This document shows positions 1-9,330 of a DNA stretch of 64,000 nt, one piece after another (position 1 is the stretch's first letter; every line of letters begins with the position of its first letter). The stretch spans positions 7,008,001-7,072,000 of the forward strand of contig OZ250169.1 of the NCBI GenBank assembly GCA_965237955.1, in the 5' to 3' direction. Made by a program: the position numbers and the translations under genes. Under the pieces are notes generated by a model, which made no database searches, had not been told where the DNA came from, and saw nothing but the letters and a program-made list of their open reading frames with translations. Source of the DNA: Candidatus Marinacidobacterales bacterium (lineage in GTDB: Bacteria; Acidobacteriota; Vicinamibacteria; Marinacidobacterales; SMYC01).

Positions 1-329
1 TTCAAGCCGTCACCGATCGCGGTGGCGTCGGGCTGGCTCGCAAACCCGTGCTCGTGCATCGCCCGGTACAACCAATCGCCGCTTCTGTCACCGGTGAACA
101 TGCGACCCGTTCGATTGGCCCCATGAGCGGCGGGAGCAAGGCCGACGATGAGCAGGCGCGCCCGTGGATCGCCGAAGGACGGAACCGCTTTCGCCCAGTA
201 ATCCTCGTCAGCGAAGCGTTTTGTTTTCGTCACCGCGATGCGCTCGCGATGCGCAACCAAGCGAGGGCAGATGCGGCACTGAGTGACTTCGTTCGAGATT
301 AGCGGTATTCGGTTTTCAGCATTCAGCAT
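1..329 (-). CDS. udgB: Uracil-DNA glycosylase, family 5 (UdgB-type), 5' part; runs off the window edge
   Basis: Not in the ORF track; my translation gives CRICPRL (Fe-S) ... [25 protein letters not shown], the family 5 UDG motif. ATG at 329. Confidence 0.9.
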   Translation of the reverse strand, partial: MLNAENRIPLISNEVTQCRICPRLVAHRERIAVTKTKRFADEDYWAKAVPSFGDPRARLLIVGLAPAAHGANRTGRMFTGDRSGDWLYRAMHEHGFASQPDATAIGDGL

Positions 330-490
330 TCAGTTCACTTAGCGCCTTGCCGGCATCGACGTCGTACAAATCAACTCCAACGTGCTGGTAAAGAGGCTAG
401 CCTCGTTACCGGCGATACCTTATAGGCTCGGCACCACTTTGGCGAACGGCACAACGCGAATTGGACTGGATGCTGAATGCTGGATGCTGA
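309..490. repeat. Dispersed structured element, copy 1, with (CAGCATT)n inverted arms and a conserved core
   Basis: Arm 310-337 pairs with 462-489 on the + strand. Core is homologous to 9163-9328 (383-420 vs 9228-9265 is 32/38 identical; 447-466 vs 9293-9312 is 19/20). Confidence 0.8.
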
Positions 491-1908
491 TCTCCGACTA
501 CTCCCCCCCCCGCGGCGTCCAGAACCGCTCTATAACGCTCGAAGTCGCCGCGTGCGATGTGGGGCCTCAGAAAAGTAATGTCAAAGTTTTGGGACGCGAC
601 ACGCACCGTCAACGCGCTGGCGCTGACGCGGGTCAATCGCTCGATTTCAGCGACGTGCCAGTGCCACGTGCCGTGTCGCGACGTCTCGAAAGCGATCCCG
701 TCCGCCCGCAGTAACAAGTCTCCGGTGCAGTGGCCGACGAGATGCTCGTGACGCGCGACGAAGCGCATGGGAAGGGACTCTTGAAACCGAGCGCGCTCGA
801 GCCCCTCGGACAACTCCGCCGAGCCCGGGTAATCGGGATGGTGTGCGGTGATAGCGTTCAACAACGCTTCGCCGTCGTCGACCCTGCCTTCTTCGCGCGC
901 ACGCTCGGCGTCGGCAAACAGTGCGCTCATGGATTGTGCTGGTTGGGTTGCGCTCTGTTCCGGCGCCGGTTGCGGCCAAAACCAAGCGGCCAGTGCGACG
1001 CCAGTCATGAGCGCCGCGGCCATCCATCGACGAAGCCGGCTCGGGCGGGTTGACGGAATCGGCTGCGTGGGTTCCAGATCGACGAGCGTTCCTCGCTCGA
1101 GAGCGTCGAGGTGGTCGATCAAAGAATGCGCCGAGCGATACCGATCTTCCGGCTTTTTCTCGAGCAGTCGAGCGCACACGACGTCCCAGAGGGGCGAAAC
1201 ACCGGGACGCGCGACCGACGGCGGTATCGGCTCATCGTGCAGTACGCGATAGATCGTCCGGCTCACCGTCGCCGCATCGAACGGGCGCTCTCCAGTCAGT
1301 AGCTGATAAAGAATCACGCCGAGCGAGAACAAGTCACTCCGTCCGTCGACGCGTTCGCCCGAGAAGATCTCCGGCGACATGTAGCTCGGTGTTCCGATGA
1401 ACTCTCCCGTTGCGGTCAGGTCGAGAGCTTCGACCTTGGCGATGCCGAAGTCGACGAGCTTGATCATGGGACCGGGCTGGTAGAGAACGTTCGCGGGTTT
1501 GATGTCGCGGTGTACGATGCCTTCACCGTGAGCGTAGTCCAGAGCGCTCGCGAGCTGGCGAATGATGAGCCGCACTTCGTTCTCTTCGGGAAGACCGCGT
1601 TCGATTAGCTGCGATAGTCCAATCCCGGGAAAGTACTCCATGGCGATGAACGGCTCATCACCCGTGAAGTCGGTGTCATAGACGCTGACGATGTGCGGGT
1701 GTAGCAGATTGCCGGCAATTTTCGCCTCGCGGCGGAAACGCTCGAGAAACGTTTGCCGTTGGGCGTCGTCGAGAGAGAAGCCGAGTCGCACGACCTTGAT
1801 AGCTAATATCCGATCGAGCTCGGGATCGCGCGCCTTGTAAACGACACCCATATTGCCTCGCCCGATCTCTTCGAGCAGCTCGTAGCGGGAAAGGTAATTT
1901 TCGGGCAA
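406..1908 (-). CDS. Membrane-anchored Ser/Thr protein kinase with a TPR-like and a C-terminal domain
   Basis: GRGNMG, AIK, HRDIKPAN, DFG and SPE motifs; one TM segment. The last ~35 aa read through the repeat element after a G9 run, so the true stop may be near 498. Confidence 0.88.
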   Translation of the reverse strand: MPENYLSRYELLEEIGRGNMGVVYKARDPELDRILAIKVVRLGFSLDDAQRQTFLERFRREAKIAGNLLHPHIVSVYDTDFTGDEPFIAMEYFPGIGLSQLIERGLPEENEVRLIIRQLASALDYAHGEGIVHRDIKPANVLYQPGPMIKLVDFGIAKVEALDLTATGEFIGTPSYMSPEIFSGERVDGRSDLFSLGVILYQLLTGERPFDAATVSRTIYRVLHDEPIPPSVARPGVSPLWDVVCARLLEKKPEDRYRSAHSLIDHLDALERGTLVDLEPTQPIPSTRPSRLRRWMAAALMTGVALAAWFWPQPAPEQSATQPAQSMSALFADAERAREEGRVDDGEALLNAITAHHPDYPGSAELSEGLERARFQESLPMRFVARHEHLVGHCTGDLLLRADGIAFETSRHGTWHWHVAEIERLTRVSASALTVRVASQNFDITFLRPHIARGDFERYRAVLDAAGGGVVGDQHPAFSIQSNSRCAVRQSGAEPIRYRR

Positions 1909-2042
1909 TGTGCGTGGCTCGGCACGGCGTCCTGGTTGTGGACACCTGAAAACGCTGGGGGGTTCGACGTGTCGAATTTGTGTTCTTCAGTCATGTTAGC
2001 ACCTGGAGCCCGATTTCCAACGGGGCTGCCGCTCTCTGAGGG

Positions 2043-2084
2043 TGTGTGGTTTTCCCCACAACAAAGCGTGGGGAAATTCCTACG
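2043..2084. promoter_or_regulatory. Pair of 18-bp dyad sites between the divergent kinase genes
   Basis: TGTGTGGTTTTCCCCACA (2043-2060) and CGTGGGGAAATTCCTACG (2067-2084); both are imperfect palindromes and resemble each other in inverted orientation. Confidence 0.4.
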
Positions 2085-2209
2085 CCATTGAATCGACCCG
2101 CGAACACTTGCGTTTTGCGAACGGACAAATTAGCCTGAAGGTATCTCCCGTCACGATCGAAATGTACTCACCCTCGACGTGTGCATGGTCGCGATCGTGA
2201 GGAGGCTGG

Positions 2210-3931
2210 ATGGAGCTCGTTGGACACCAAGTAGGCGCATACAGAATCTTGTCTCTCCTCGGTCGTGGTGGTACGGCCGAGGTCTATAAAGCGTTTCACC
2301 CCGCGTTGAAACGTGAGGTCGCCGTCAAGGTGATCCTCCAGGAAGTGAGCCACGACCACGACTGGGTGCGGCGCTTCCGCCAAGAGGCTGAGCTTCTCGG
2401 TCGGCTCGACCACCCGCATATTCTCCCGGTCTACGACGCGGGCGAGCACGAGGGAAGACCTTACCTCGTGATGAAGTACATGGCCGACGGCCGAACGCTC
2501 CGCACGCAGCTTTCGGGGCAACCGTGGCCGCTGAACCGAGCGGTCAAAGTCGTCGGTCAAGTCGCCGAGGCTCTCGACGCAGCGCACCAAGCGGGCGTCG
2601 TCCACCGCGACATCAAACCCTCGAACATTCTGGTCACGCCAGACCTCAGATGTCTGGTGTTCGACTTCGGTATCGCCAAGCCGTTCCGACGGGACGAGAA
2701 CACCACCGGCTCCGGCCTCATCGTCGGAACACCCGAGTTCATGTCGCCCGAACAGTGCAAGGGCGACAAGATCGACCACCGCTCCGACATCTACTCCCTC
2801 GGCGTCATGACATACCAGATGCTCACCGGCCACGTACCGTTCTCCGCGGAGACAGCGGTCGGCATTCTCATGAAGCATCTGACCGAGCCGCTTCCGATCC
2901 CACCGAAAGGGGTCGCGCTCCCGCCGGCGGTCAACGGTGTGTTGCGGAAGTCGATGGCGCGTGACGCAAGGGACCGCTTCGATGCCGCAGGCGAGTTTGG
3001 GGTCGCGTTTCATCAATCGGCTGATCAGCGCGCGACGGTCACGCTGCACGCTGGAGAGATCCGACGGGCGGCAACGCCGACGTTGAAACTCCCTCAGTGG
3101 GTGCGCAAGTGGAAGCGCCAGGAGATCCGCCTCGGTCTCGCCGGCGCGGTGCTACTGACAATGGCGGGAGCGATCTATGCACTTTGGCCGAGCTCGTCAA
3201 CACCACAACAAGGGACCGCGATCGCCGGGCCGCCGGCACCGCCGCTCGTTACGGAGGGGGCGGAGGGAGCAACGACCGATGCCAACGCCGACGCTCCCGA
3301 GTCTCAGCCCGCTCCGCTACCGCTTCCCCCTTCGGCGCCGGTTCGCCGCCCGGGACATATCGATACGAACCCATCGATATCGCTCGGCAGCCTCCATATC
3401 GAGTCGAATGCGCCGGCGAGCGTGCTGTTGGATGGACACCCGATCGGAGCGGCGCCCGGCGTCTTCCAATCGGTCGAGCCCGGTGAGCGAAGCGTTATCC
3501 TCGACGCCGGCCAAGGCCGCGTCCACGAGCAAACCGTGGTTGTCACCGCCGGCTCCACGCACCACCTTCGTTTCGATTTCGAGACGACGCCGGTGGACGT
3601 CACCGGTGCGATGGCCCGACCGCATCAAAGCGAAAGCATCGTGTCGAGCGCTACGAGCACGACGTCACGAAGATTCGACCGACCGCCGCGCATTCGCGAG
3701 TGGACAGGCTGGCTGACGGATGCGGATTGCGGAGCGACGGGGGGCAAGCAAGGCGCCCTTCACCTACGGTGCGCCGAACGTTGTATCCGATCGGGACAGC
3801 AGCCGATGCTGTACTCGCGCGGCAAGCTCTATCGCATCGATGGATTCGAGAACGTGACCATCGTTCGCGGCGAGCCGCTTACGGTTCGAGGCTGGCTCGA
3901 GCTCGACACGATCCACGTCAGCGAGCCATAA
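2210..3931 (+). CDS. Ser/Thr protein kinase: TM segment, PEGA domain and C-terminal Cys/His beta-domain
   Basis: GRGGTA, HRDIKPSN, DFG, SPEQ; TM at ~aa 307-326; PEGA-like GSLHIESNAPASVLLDG; GGAGG RBS. Confidence 0.93.
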   Translation: MELVGHQVGAYRILSLLGRGGTAEVYKAFHPALKREVAVKVILQEVSHDHDWVRRFRQEAELLGRLDHPHILPVYDAGEHEGRPYLVMKYMADGRTLRTQLSGQPWPLNRAVKVVGQVAEALDAAHQAGVVHRDIKPSNILVTPDLRCLVFDFGIAKPFRRDENTTGSGLIVGTPEFMSPEQCKGDKIDHRSDIYSLGVMTYQMLTGHVPFSAETAVGILMKHLTEPLPIPPKGVALPPAVNGVLRKSMARDARDRFDAAGEFGVAFHQSADQRATVTLHAGEIRRAATPTLKLPQWVRKWKRQEIRLGLAGAVLLTMAGAIYALWPSSSTPQQGTAIAGPPAPPLVTEGAEGATTDANADAPESQPAPLPLPPSAPVRRPGHIDTNPSISLGSLHIESNAPASVLLDGHPIGAAPGVFQSVEPGERSVILDAGQGRVHEQTVVVTAGSTHHLRFDFETTPVDVTGAMARPHQSESIVSSATSTTSRRFDRPPRIREWTGWLTDADCGATGGKQGALHLRCAERCIRSGQQPMLYSRGKLYRIDGFENVTIVRGEPLTVRGWLELDTIHVSEP

Positions 3932-3990
3932 AGTTAAAGTTAAAGCGGGCACGGCTCTTTGCCCCCACGCCCTTAACCGTGCCCACTTTT
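3929..3990. terminator. Probable bidirectional intrinsic terminator
   Basis: Stem GGGCACGG...CCGTGCCC (3947-3984), followed by ACTTTT on + and by (CTTTAA)x3 on -. Confidence 0.55.
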
Positions 3991-4167
3991 CTCGAGAACG
4001 CTACCGGAGGAAGAACGCCTGCCACAGGACGGGAATTCTGCGGCTCGACGTTCTCCCTCCGGTCCCCGGATGCCGGCCTGGTCCGAACACTCACCCCCCA
4101 CACGAGCGTTACGTGTCCATTCCCAGCCGGCTTCGCGTCGCTCCAACCAAAGTAGCCCCACAATGCC
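3935..4167 (-). ncRNA. Candidate sigma54-dependent structured small RNA
   Basis: Lies directly downstream of a consensus -24/-12 promoter. Two long hairpins (4072-4131 and 4003-4063) whose mismatches are mostly G.U on the minus strand; ends at a terminator; no credible ORF or RBS. Confidence 0.55.
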
Positions 4168-4176
4168 CCTCAGGTA

Positions 4177-4193
4177 TTGCAAGGCGAATGCCA
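4177..4193 (-). promoter_or_regulatory. Sigma54 (-24/-12) promoter
   Basis: TGGCATTCGCCTTGCAA, with exact GG-N10-GC spacing. Confidence 0.75.
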
Positions 4194-4267
4194 GGAGCAC
4201 GCTCGCGAGCCGATCGCGCTAACCACTACGGCATAACGGGTTACGCTTTTGGCGTGATCAGCGGGAG

Positions 4268-4328
4268 TGTAGCGGCGGTGGGAACACTCGATCGTTTACG
4301 CCGCCCCGGTGTAGCGCCGGTCGCTACA
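4268..4328. promoter_or_regulatory. Tandem enhancer (UAS) sites for a sigma54 activator
   Basis: TGTAGCG-gcggt-GGGAACA (4268-4286) and perfect TGTAGCG-ccggt-CGCTACA (4310-4328), 42 bp apart and 75-135 bp upstream of the -24 box. Confidence 0.65.
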
Positions 4329-4352
4329 CTTAATCTTGCTCAGCGAGGGTCG

Positions 4353-6159
4353 CTACACGTCGCTTTCGCCCGGATCGCGCCCCTTCCGCGAGCGCAGGTT
4401 CTTGTGAATCAAGGTGCGATGCATCCCGGACTCTTTCGCGGCGTGGCTGATGTTACCGTCCGTTTGCGACAGCACGTAGTCCACGAAGCGGTCCTCGAGC
4501 TCCTGGGCATAGATCCCAGAGAGCTCCTGAAGCTCGTTGCGGCGGCGTTTCAGCTGGGCGTAGTCCCGCGGGAGGTCGGCCATGAGCCGCTTGAAGGGGT
4601 CTTTGGCAATCTTCAAAATATTCTTCCGCGTGCCCGAAACCTCTTGGGGCAGATCGTCGAGGGTGATCGATCGGCCGCGATTCTCGACGACGAGCCGTTG
4701 CACCACGTTCTCGAGCTGGCGGATGTTGCCGCGCCACTCGTGATTTCGTAGACAGTCATAAACCTCAGGCTCGATCTGAGGTCGTTCCTTGAGGCCAATC
4801 TCGATCGTGAAAACGTTCACAAAATGGTCGACGAGCAACGGAATGTCTTCCTTCCGCTCGCGCAACGCCGGGAGCTCGATCGGGTACACCCACAGGCGAT
4901 AGTACAAATCCTCGCGAAATTCCCCTTGTTGCACCAGCTCGCGAAGGTCTCGATTCGTCGCCGCCACCACGCGCGTGTCCACGCTGATCGTGCGCCTGCC
5001 ACCGAGGCGCTCGAACGTGCGCTCTTGCAGGAACCTGAGAAACTTCGCCTGCAGCTTTTTCGATAGCTCGCCGATCTCGTCGAGAAAGAGCGTCCCCGAA
5101 TCGGCCATTTCACAACGGCCCATGCGGTTGACCGCTCCGGTGAACGCGCCCGGCTCGGTACCGAAGAGCTCCGCCTCCAGCAAATCCTCGGGGAGGGCGT
5201 CGCAGTTCACCACGACGAGAGGTTTGTTCGCGCGATCGCTCGCTTTGTGAATCGCGCGCGCGACGAGCTCTTTACCGGTGCCGCTCTCGCCGTCGATGAG
5301 CACGGTCGCTTGTGTGGGCCCTACCTGCTCGATGCGCTCGATGATCTCGAGCATCCGCGGTGACGAGCCGACGAGCCCGTCGAAATACGTTTTCCCCTTC
5401 ATCTCGCGGTACAGACGCTTGCGGGCTTCCACCTCCTCGTCGAGGCGGAGGGTCGCGTTCAAAAAGACCGCGGTAAGTCGTCCGAGAGCTCGCAGTAGCT
5501 CGAGATCTTTCTCACCGAACGCGCCGCTGGCCCGCTGGTTCTCGAAATAGATGCAGCCCGCCAGATAGTCTTTGAAGCGCAACGGGATGGCGAGAACGGA
5601 GCGGAGCTTGAGCTGTTGAGCGCTCTCCTCGTTCGCGAGGAGCTCGTCGACTTGAGCGTCGTCGACGAGCACGGAGTCGTTTCCGGCAGCGATCTCTCGG
5701 ATGATGGTGCGGCTCACCCGGGGGTCGTGGTCAATGCTTTGGTGCCGGTCGTTGCGCGCGGCCATGACCTCTGCCTCGGACTCGGCGCTGCGAAAAAGCA
5801 AAACCGCGCCCGAGCCGGCTCCGACTTCGGCAAGCAGGTCGTCGAGCACTCGTTCCGAAGAAACGGTGTGCGGAGCGCTCCTCGAAAAAATGCATGGCGG
5901 TCCGAGTCGCGAGATCGACGAAGGGCGAGTGCAACACCCCGGTGCCCTTCGTGTAGAGCTCGTTCTCGAGCTCGGTGATGGCGGCGTCCAACGACTGGAG
6001 AATTTCGGGGGCGACCGACGGTCGTGGTTGGTGAGCGGCCGACAGATCGTGAACGCGCTGGTGCAGCCCCTTCAGTCCGGTCAGGACTTTCTGATACGAA
6101 GCGCCTTCTTCGGAAATAGGATCTTTACGTCGCGACACGTCGGCTCCATAAACAGGCAC
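4353..6159 (-). CDS. GAF-domain sigma54-dependent transcriptional activator (AAA+ and Fis-type HTH); +1 frameshift near 5856
   Basis: GESGTGKE, GAFTGA, LFLDEIG, WRGNIRQL, C-terminal HTH. ORFs 5731-6159 and 4353-5849 join (..HRFF-ERVLDDLL..) if one G is removed. Confidence 0.88.
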
Positions 6160-6212
6160 CCCGGTTGCGAGAATCTGCGGGGGAGCCCGCAGCCCGCAGC
6201 CTTTACTCTAAC

Positions 6213-6458
6213 TCAAGACGACGCCGGGGGGGAAGAAGAAGCCACCTCCCCGTTCCTATGGCTCTTTGGGGCGGGGTGGAGGATGTTTCGTAGGACGAAT
6301 CGCTGGCTTTCTACAAACACATTCAAACATAGCGGGCATCGGTCGAGATGACTCAGGATCTTCGAACGGGTGCCGCCGTCACAAAGCCCATCGATGAGCT
6401 GAGCGAGCGCCTCGGCGTCCGGGCAAACCCCGCGCGCCAACCGCCGTTGGATCATCAT
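6213..6458 (-). CDS. Small zinc-finger anti-sigma (ZAS / zf-HC2-like) protein
   Basis: CPDAEALAQLIDG...HLDRCPLC (HxxxCxxC); directly downstream of the ECF sigma; GGGAGG RBS. Confidence 0.75.
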   Translation of the reverse strand: MMIQRRLARGVCPDAEALAQLIDGLCDGGTRSKILSHLDRCPLCLNVFVESQRFVLRNILHPAPKSHRNGEVASSSPPASS

Positions 6459-6474
6459 GGCTCATCCTCCCGTT

Positions 6475-7056
6475 TTATCCAGGCCGTTTATAGCAGGCAA
6501 TTCTGGGCAACTTCTGCCCTGCCTGCCCTGCCCGGGTTAGACGGCTAGCGACGTAGTCTTCACGCCCGGGGACGCCGACGTTTTCGAGAGCATCCTCCTC
6601 GACGCGCTTGGCACGTTGGCGGCGTGGGAGTTGGATCGCGAGATCCCAGAGAGCCTCCCCGCTGAGAGCTGTATCTGTCCGGGTGAGAAGCATTTCTCGG
6701 GCCTCGTGGAAGTCGATACCATCGCGGTAGAGGAGCGTTTCCAGCTCGACCGCAGTCGCCCCGAGCCTCGTGGCGGTCGTGGACGGACGCCATTTACCCC
6801 ACTTCTGGGTACGGTAGTCGAGGAAAAGTCGCTGCATGACGACGGTGAGGTACGTCCGGAAGCTACTGTCGCCACGGTATTTCCGAAGCCGGGCGTAGTC
6901 GTTCTCGACGAGTTTCAGCATGGCGTACGACGTAAAGTCCTCGCGTTCGTCCGTCTCCAGGCGATTGCGACGGGATAAAAAGCGAATGAGCTCCTCGACC
7001 AGCGAATAATGGGCCTCGAAGAGCTTGCGGCCTTGGGCTTTCGTGCTGTTCGACAT
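6475..7056 (-). CDS. ECF-type sigma-70 factor, apparently lacking region 4 (possible pseudogene)
   Basis: Region 2-like EDFTSYAMLKL...YRGDSSFRTYLTVVMQRLFLDYR; GGAGG RBS. After ..EDYV the sequence is low-complexity with no region 4 HTH. Confidence 0.7.
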   Translation of the reverse strand: MSNSTKAQGRKLFEAHYSLVEELIRFLSRRNRLETDEREDFTSYAMLKLVENDYARLRKYRGDSSFRTYLTVVMQRLFLDYRTQKWGKWRPSTTATRLGATAVELETLLYRDGIDFHEAREMLLTRTDTALSGEALWDLAIQLPRRQRAKRVEEDALENVGVPGREDYVASRLTRAGQAGQKLPRIACYKRPG

Positions 7057-7243
7057 ATCGTTCCTCCCACTCGACTCTCACAAGAAAGATTCGAGCGCTT
7101 CTATTGGAGTCAACGTCGAGGATCGAAAACCCGAACAGGTTTTTTTTGGGATTTTTTTCGGCAGGAAGGCAGGAGTTCGTCGCGGTTTCCTGTACTAATA
7201 ACTCTCGAAAGCTTCTTTTCTGGAAAAGAAAACTCACCGGTAT

Positions 7244-7282
7244 CTCTGCGAAACCTCTGCGTCCTCTGCGCCTCTGCGGTGA
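7244..7282. repeat. Short tandem repeat (CTCTGCG x4), REP-like intergenic element
   Basis: CTCTGCG at 7244, 7255, 7264 and 7272, just after the bshA stop. Confidence 0.6.
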
Positions 7283-7302
7283 TTTCTTTCTTTTGAAGCC
7301 GG

Positions 7303-8415
7303 CTAGAGCAATCGTTCGTAGAGAGCTTCGTATTGGGGAATGATCTTGTGGCTGTCGAACTCGGATTGAGCGCGCGCGCGGCCGGCATCGGCGAAGCGGC
7401 CGTGTTTCTCGGCGTCCGAGAGGAGTCCGATGGCGGCGTCAGCCATGGCCCGGACCTCACCCACCGGGACCAAATAGCCGGACTCACCATCGGTCACGAC
7501 TTCGGGAAGCCCGCCCACCCGCGTTCCTATTACAGGGACGCGGCAGCTCATCGCCTCGAGCGCAACGAGACCGAAGCTCTCCTGCTCACTAGGAAGAAGC
7601 AGCAGATCGGCGCAGCTCAATAGGTCCTCGAGGTAGTCCTGCTCGCCGAGGAAATGTACGTGCTCGGCCAGACCGAGCTCTTTGGCGAGCTGCCGCACGA
7701 AGAGTCTTTCAGGCCCCTCGCCGACGAGCAGCAACTTCGCCGGGATCTCGCGTCGAACGAGATCGAACACGCGAACGACGTCGGTCACGCGTTTCACCGG
7801 ACGGAAGTTGGACGCGTGGATGAGGATTTTCTCGCCCGCGGGCGCCCAGTGCTCGGCGCCGTAGTCCGAGGTTGTTCGTCCTCGCGACGTATCGATGAAG
7901 TTGTAGATGACGTCCACTTCGCGCTCGAGCGAGAACTCATCGATCGTGCGTTGTCGCAGAAACTGAGACACCGCCGTCACTGCGTCGGAAACTTCGATCG
8001 CGAATTTGGTGACGCGGTGGAACGATTCGTCGGCGCCGACGAGGGTAATGTCGGTGCCGTGCAAGGTCGTCACGATCTTCGGGGCGCCTTCGCCAATGAT
8101 TTCTTTGGCGAGGAACGCGCTGACGGCATGCGGCACCGCGTAGTGCGCATGGATCACGTCGAGGCTCTGCTCCGCGGCCACTTCGGCGAGCTTCGTCGCC
8201 AGGCCGAGCGTATACGGCGGGTACTTGAACAAAGGGTACGTGGCGACTTCGACCTCGTGGACGCGTACCCGCGGATTGAACTCTCGGAGCCGAAACGGCA
8301 CCGAGTAGCTCACGATATGAGCGATATGCCCGCGCTCCGCGAGGCCGAGCGCGAGCTCGGACGCGATGACCCCGCTGCCGCCATGTGAGGGGTAGCACAC
8401 GATGGCGATGTGCAT
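7303..8415 (-). CDS. bshA: N-acetyl-alpha-D-glucosaminyl L-malate synthase (bacillithiol biosynthesis)
   Basis: [51 protein letters not shown]. Confidence 0.93.
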   Translation of the reverse strand: MHIAIVCYPSHGGSGVIASELALGLAERGHIAHIVSYSVPFRLREFNPRVRVHEVEVATYPLFKYPPYTLGLATKLAEVAAEQSLDVIHAHYAVPHAVSAFLAKEIIGEGAPKIVTTLHGTDITLVGADESFHRVTKFAIEVSDAVTAVSQFLRQRTIDEFSLEREVDVIYNFIDTSRGRTTSDYGAEHWAPAGEKILIHASNFRPVKRVTDVVRVFDLVRREIPAKLLLVGEGPERLFVRQLAKELGLAEHVHFLGEQDYLEDLLSCADLLLLPSEQESFGLVALEAMSCRVPVIGTRVGGLPEVVTDGESGYLVPVGEVRAMADAAIGLLSDAEKHGRFADAGRARAQSEFDSHKIIPQYEALYERLL

Positions 8416-9140
8416 CAGGTAATCCTCGTGAACAAGCGATCGAAGAACTGAATCGGGTCGTCCACTTTCATGGCCTCGCGTAAGTAGAATGCCTCGCCGA
8501 AATCGGTGTCGATCAACGCTCCGTGATAGCGATCGATGGCTTCCACGCGATTCAGAAAACAGGGCTGGCTGATGTAGGTCTCGGGACCCGCTTTGTCTTC
8601 GCTATGAAGTTGGGACGCATACGCACGCACCGCGCGCATCTTGACTTCGTAGAACGGCGTGATATCGATGACGAACGAGGGCGCTATCTTGTGCGGCACG
8701 AGATAGTAGAGCACGCAGTTCGGCCGGTGTGGCGCTCCGCCGGCTTGGTATTTGCTGAGACCGGCGAGATAAGCCGCTTCTGCGACCAAGGTGCCCGACG
8801 CGGTGTGGTCCGGATGGTTGTTCTCCGGATAGTTCGTGAACACGAGCTTGGGTTTGTGCTCGCGAATGGATTCGACGACGGCTCGTTTCGTTGCTGCGCT
8901 CACGACGAGACCGCCGTCGCCCAGATCCAGCGTCTTGCGGACGGACGCGTGCAGAAGCTCCGCCGCCTCGGCCGCCTCACGCGACCGATCTTCACGCGTT
9001 CCCCGCGTCCCCATTTCCCCCGCGGTGAGATCGACGATACCGGTGCGATACCCGAGCGAGTGCAGCTTGAGAAGCGTGCCCCCCATGGTGAGCTCGACAT
9101 CGTCCGGGTGCGGACCAAAAGCAAGCACGTCGACATGCAT
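8415..9140 (-). CDS. bshB1: Bacillithiol biosynthesis deacetylase (PIG-L family)
   Basis: PHPDDVEL, DLTAGEMGTRGT, HPDH; coupled to bshA. Confidence 0.9.
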   Translation of the reverse strand: MHVDVLAFGPHPDDVELTMGGTLLKLHSLGYRTGIVDLTAGEMGTRGTREDRSREAAEAAELLHASVRKTLDLGDGGLVVSAATKRAVVESIREHKPKLVFTNYPENNHPDHTASGTLVAEAAYLAGLSKYQAGGAPHRPNCVLYYLVPHKIAPSFVIDITPFYEVKMRAVRAYASQLHSEDKAGPETYISQPCFLNRVEAIDRYHGALIDTDFGEAFYLREAMKVDDPIQFFDRLFTRIT

Positions 9141-9162
9141 TGGTTGGATTCTACAGCATTGT

Positions 9163-9328
9163 TGGTATTCGGCATTCGGTCCAAATCAAGCCCGGCCGGT
9201 CATCGACATTGTGCAGGACAACGAGCCTGCCGGTAAACAGGCCAGACTCGTTACAGGCGAGACCTCAAAAGATTGGCACCAGGGTGCCTAACCGGCACAA
9301 CGTGAATTGGACCGAATGCCGGATGCCG
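9163..9328. repeat. Dispersed structured element, copy 2, with (CGGCATT)n inverted arms
   Basis: 9163-9184 pairs with 9307-9328 over 22 bp (three G.T, no mismatch, + strand); core homologous to 309-490. Confidence 0.8.
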
Positions 9329-9330
9329 CC

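Noticed and set aside
3935-4167. Calling the sRNA a CsrB/RsmZ-type sponge, or accepting the 75-81-aa ORFs here
   Set aside because: Its GGA motifs lie mostly in stems rather than loops. The ORFs lack good starts or an RBS, or begin upstream of the promoter.
9178-9202. Twister- or hammerhead-like ribozyme in the dispersed element
   Set aside because: Only a superficial GGTCC..AAGCCCGG similarity, absent from copy 1; catalytic core motifs not found.
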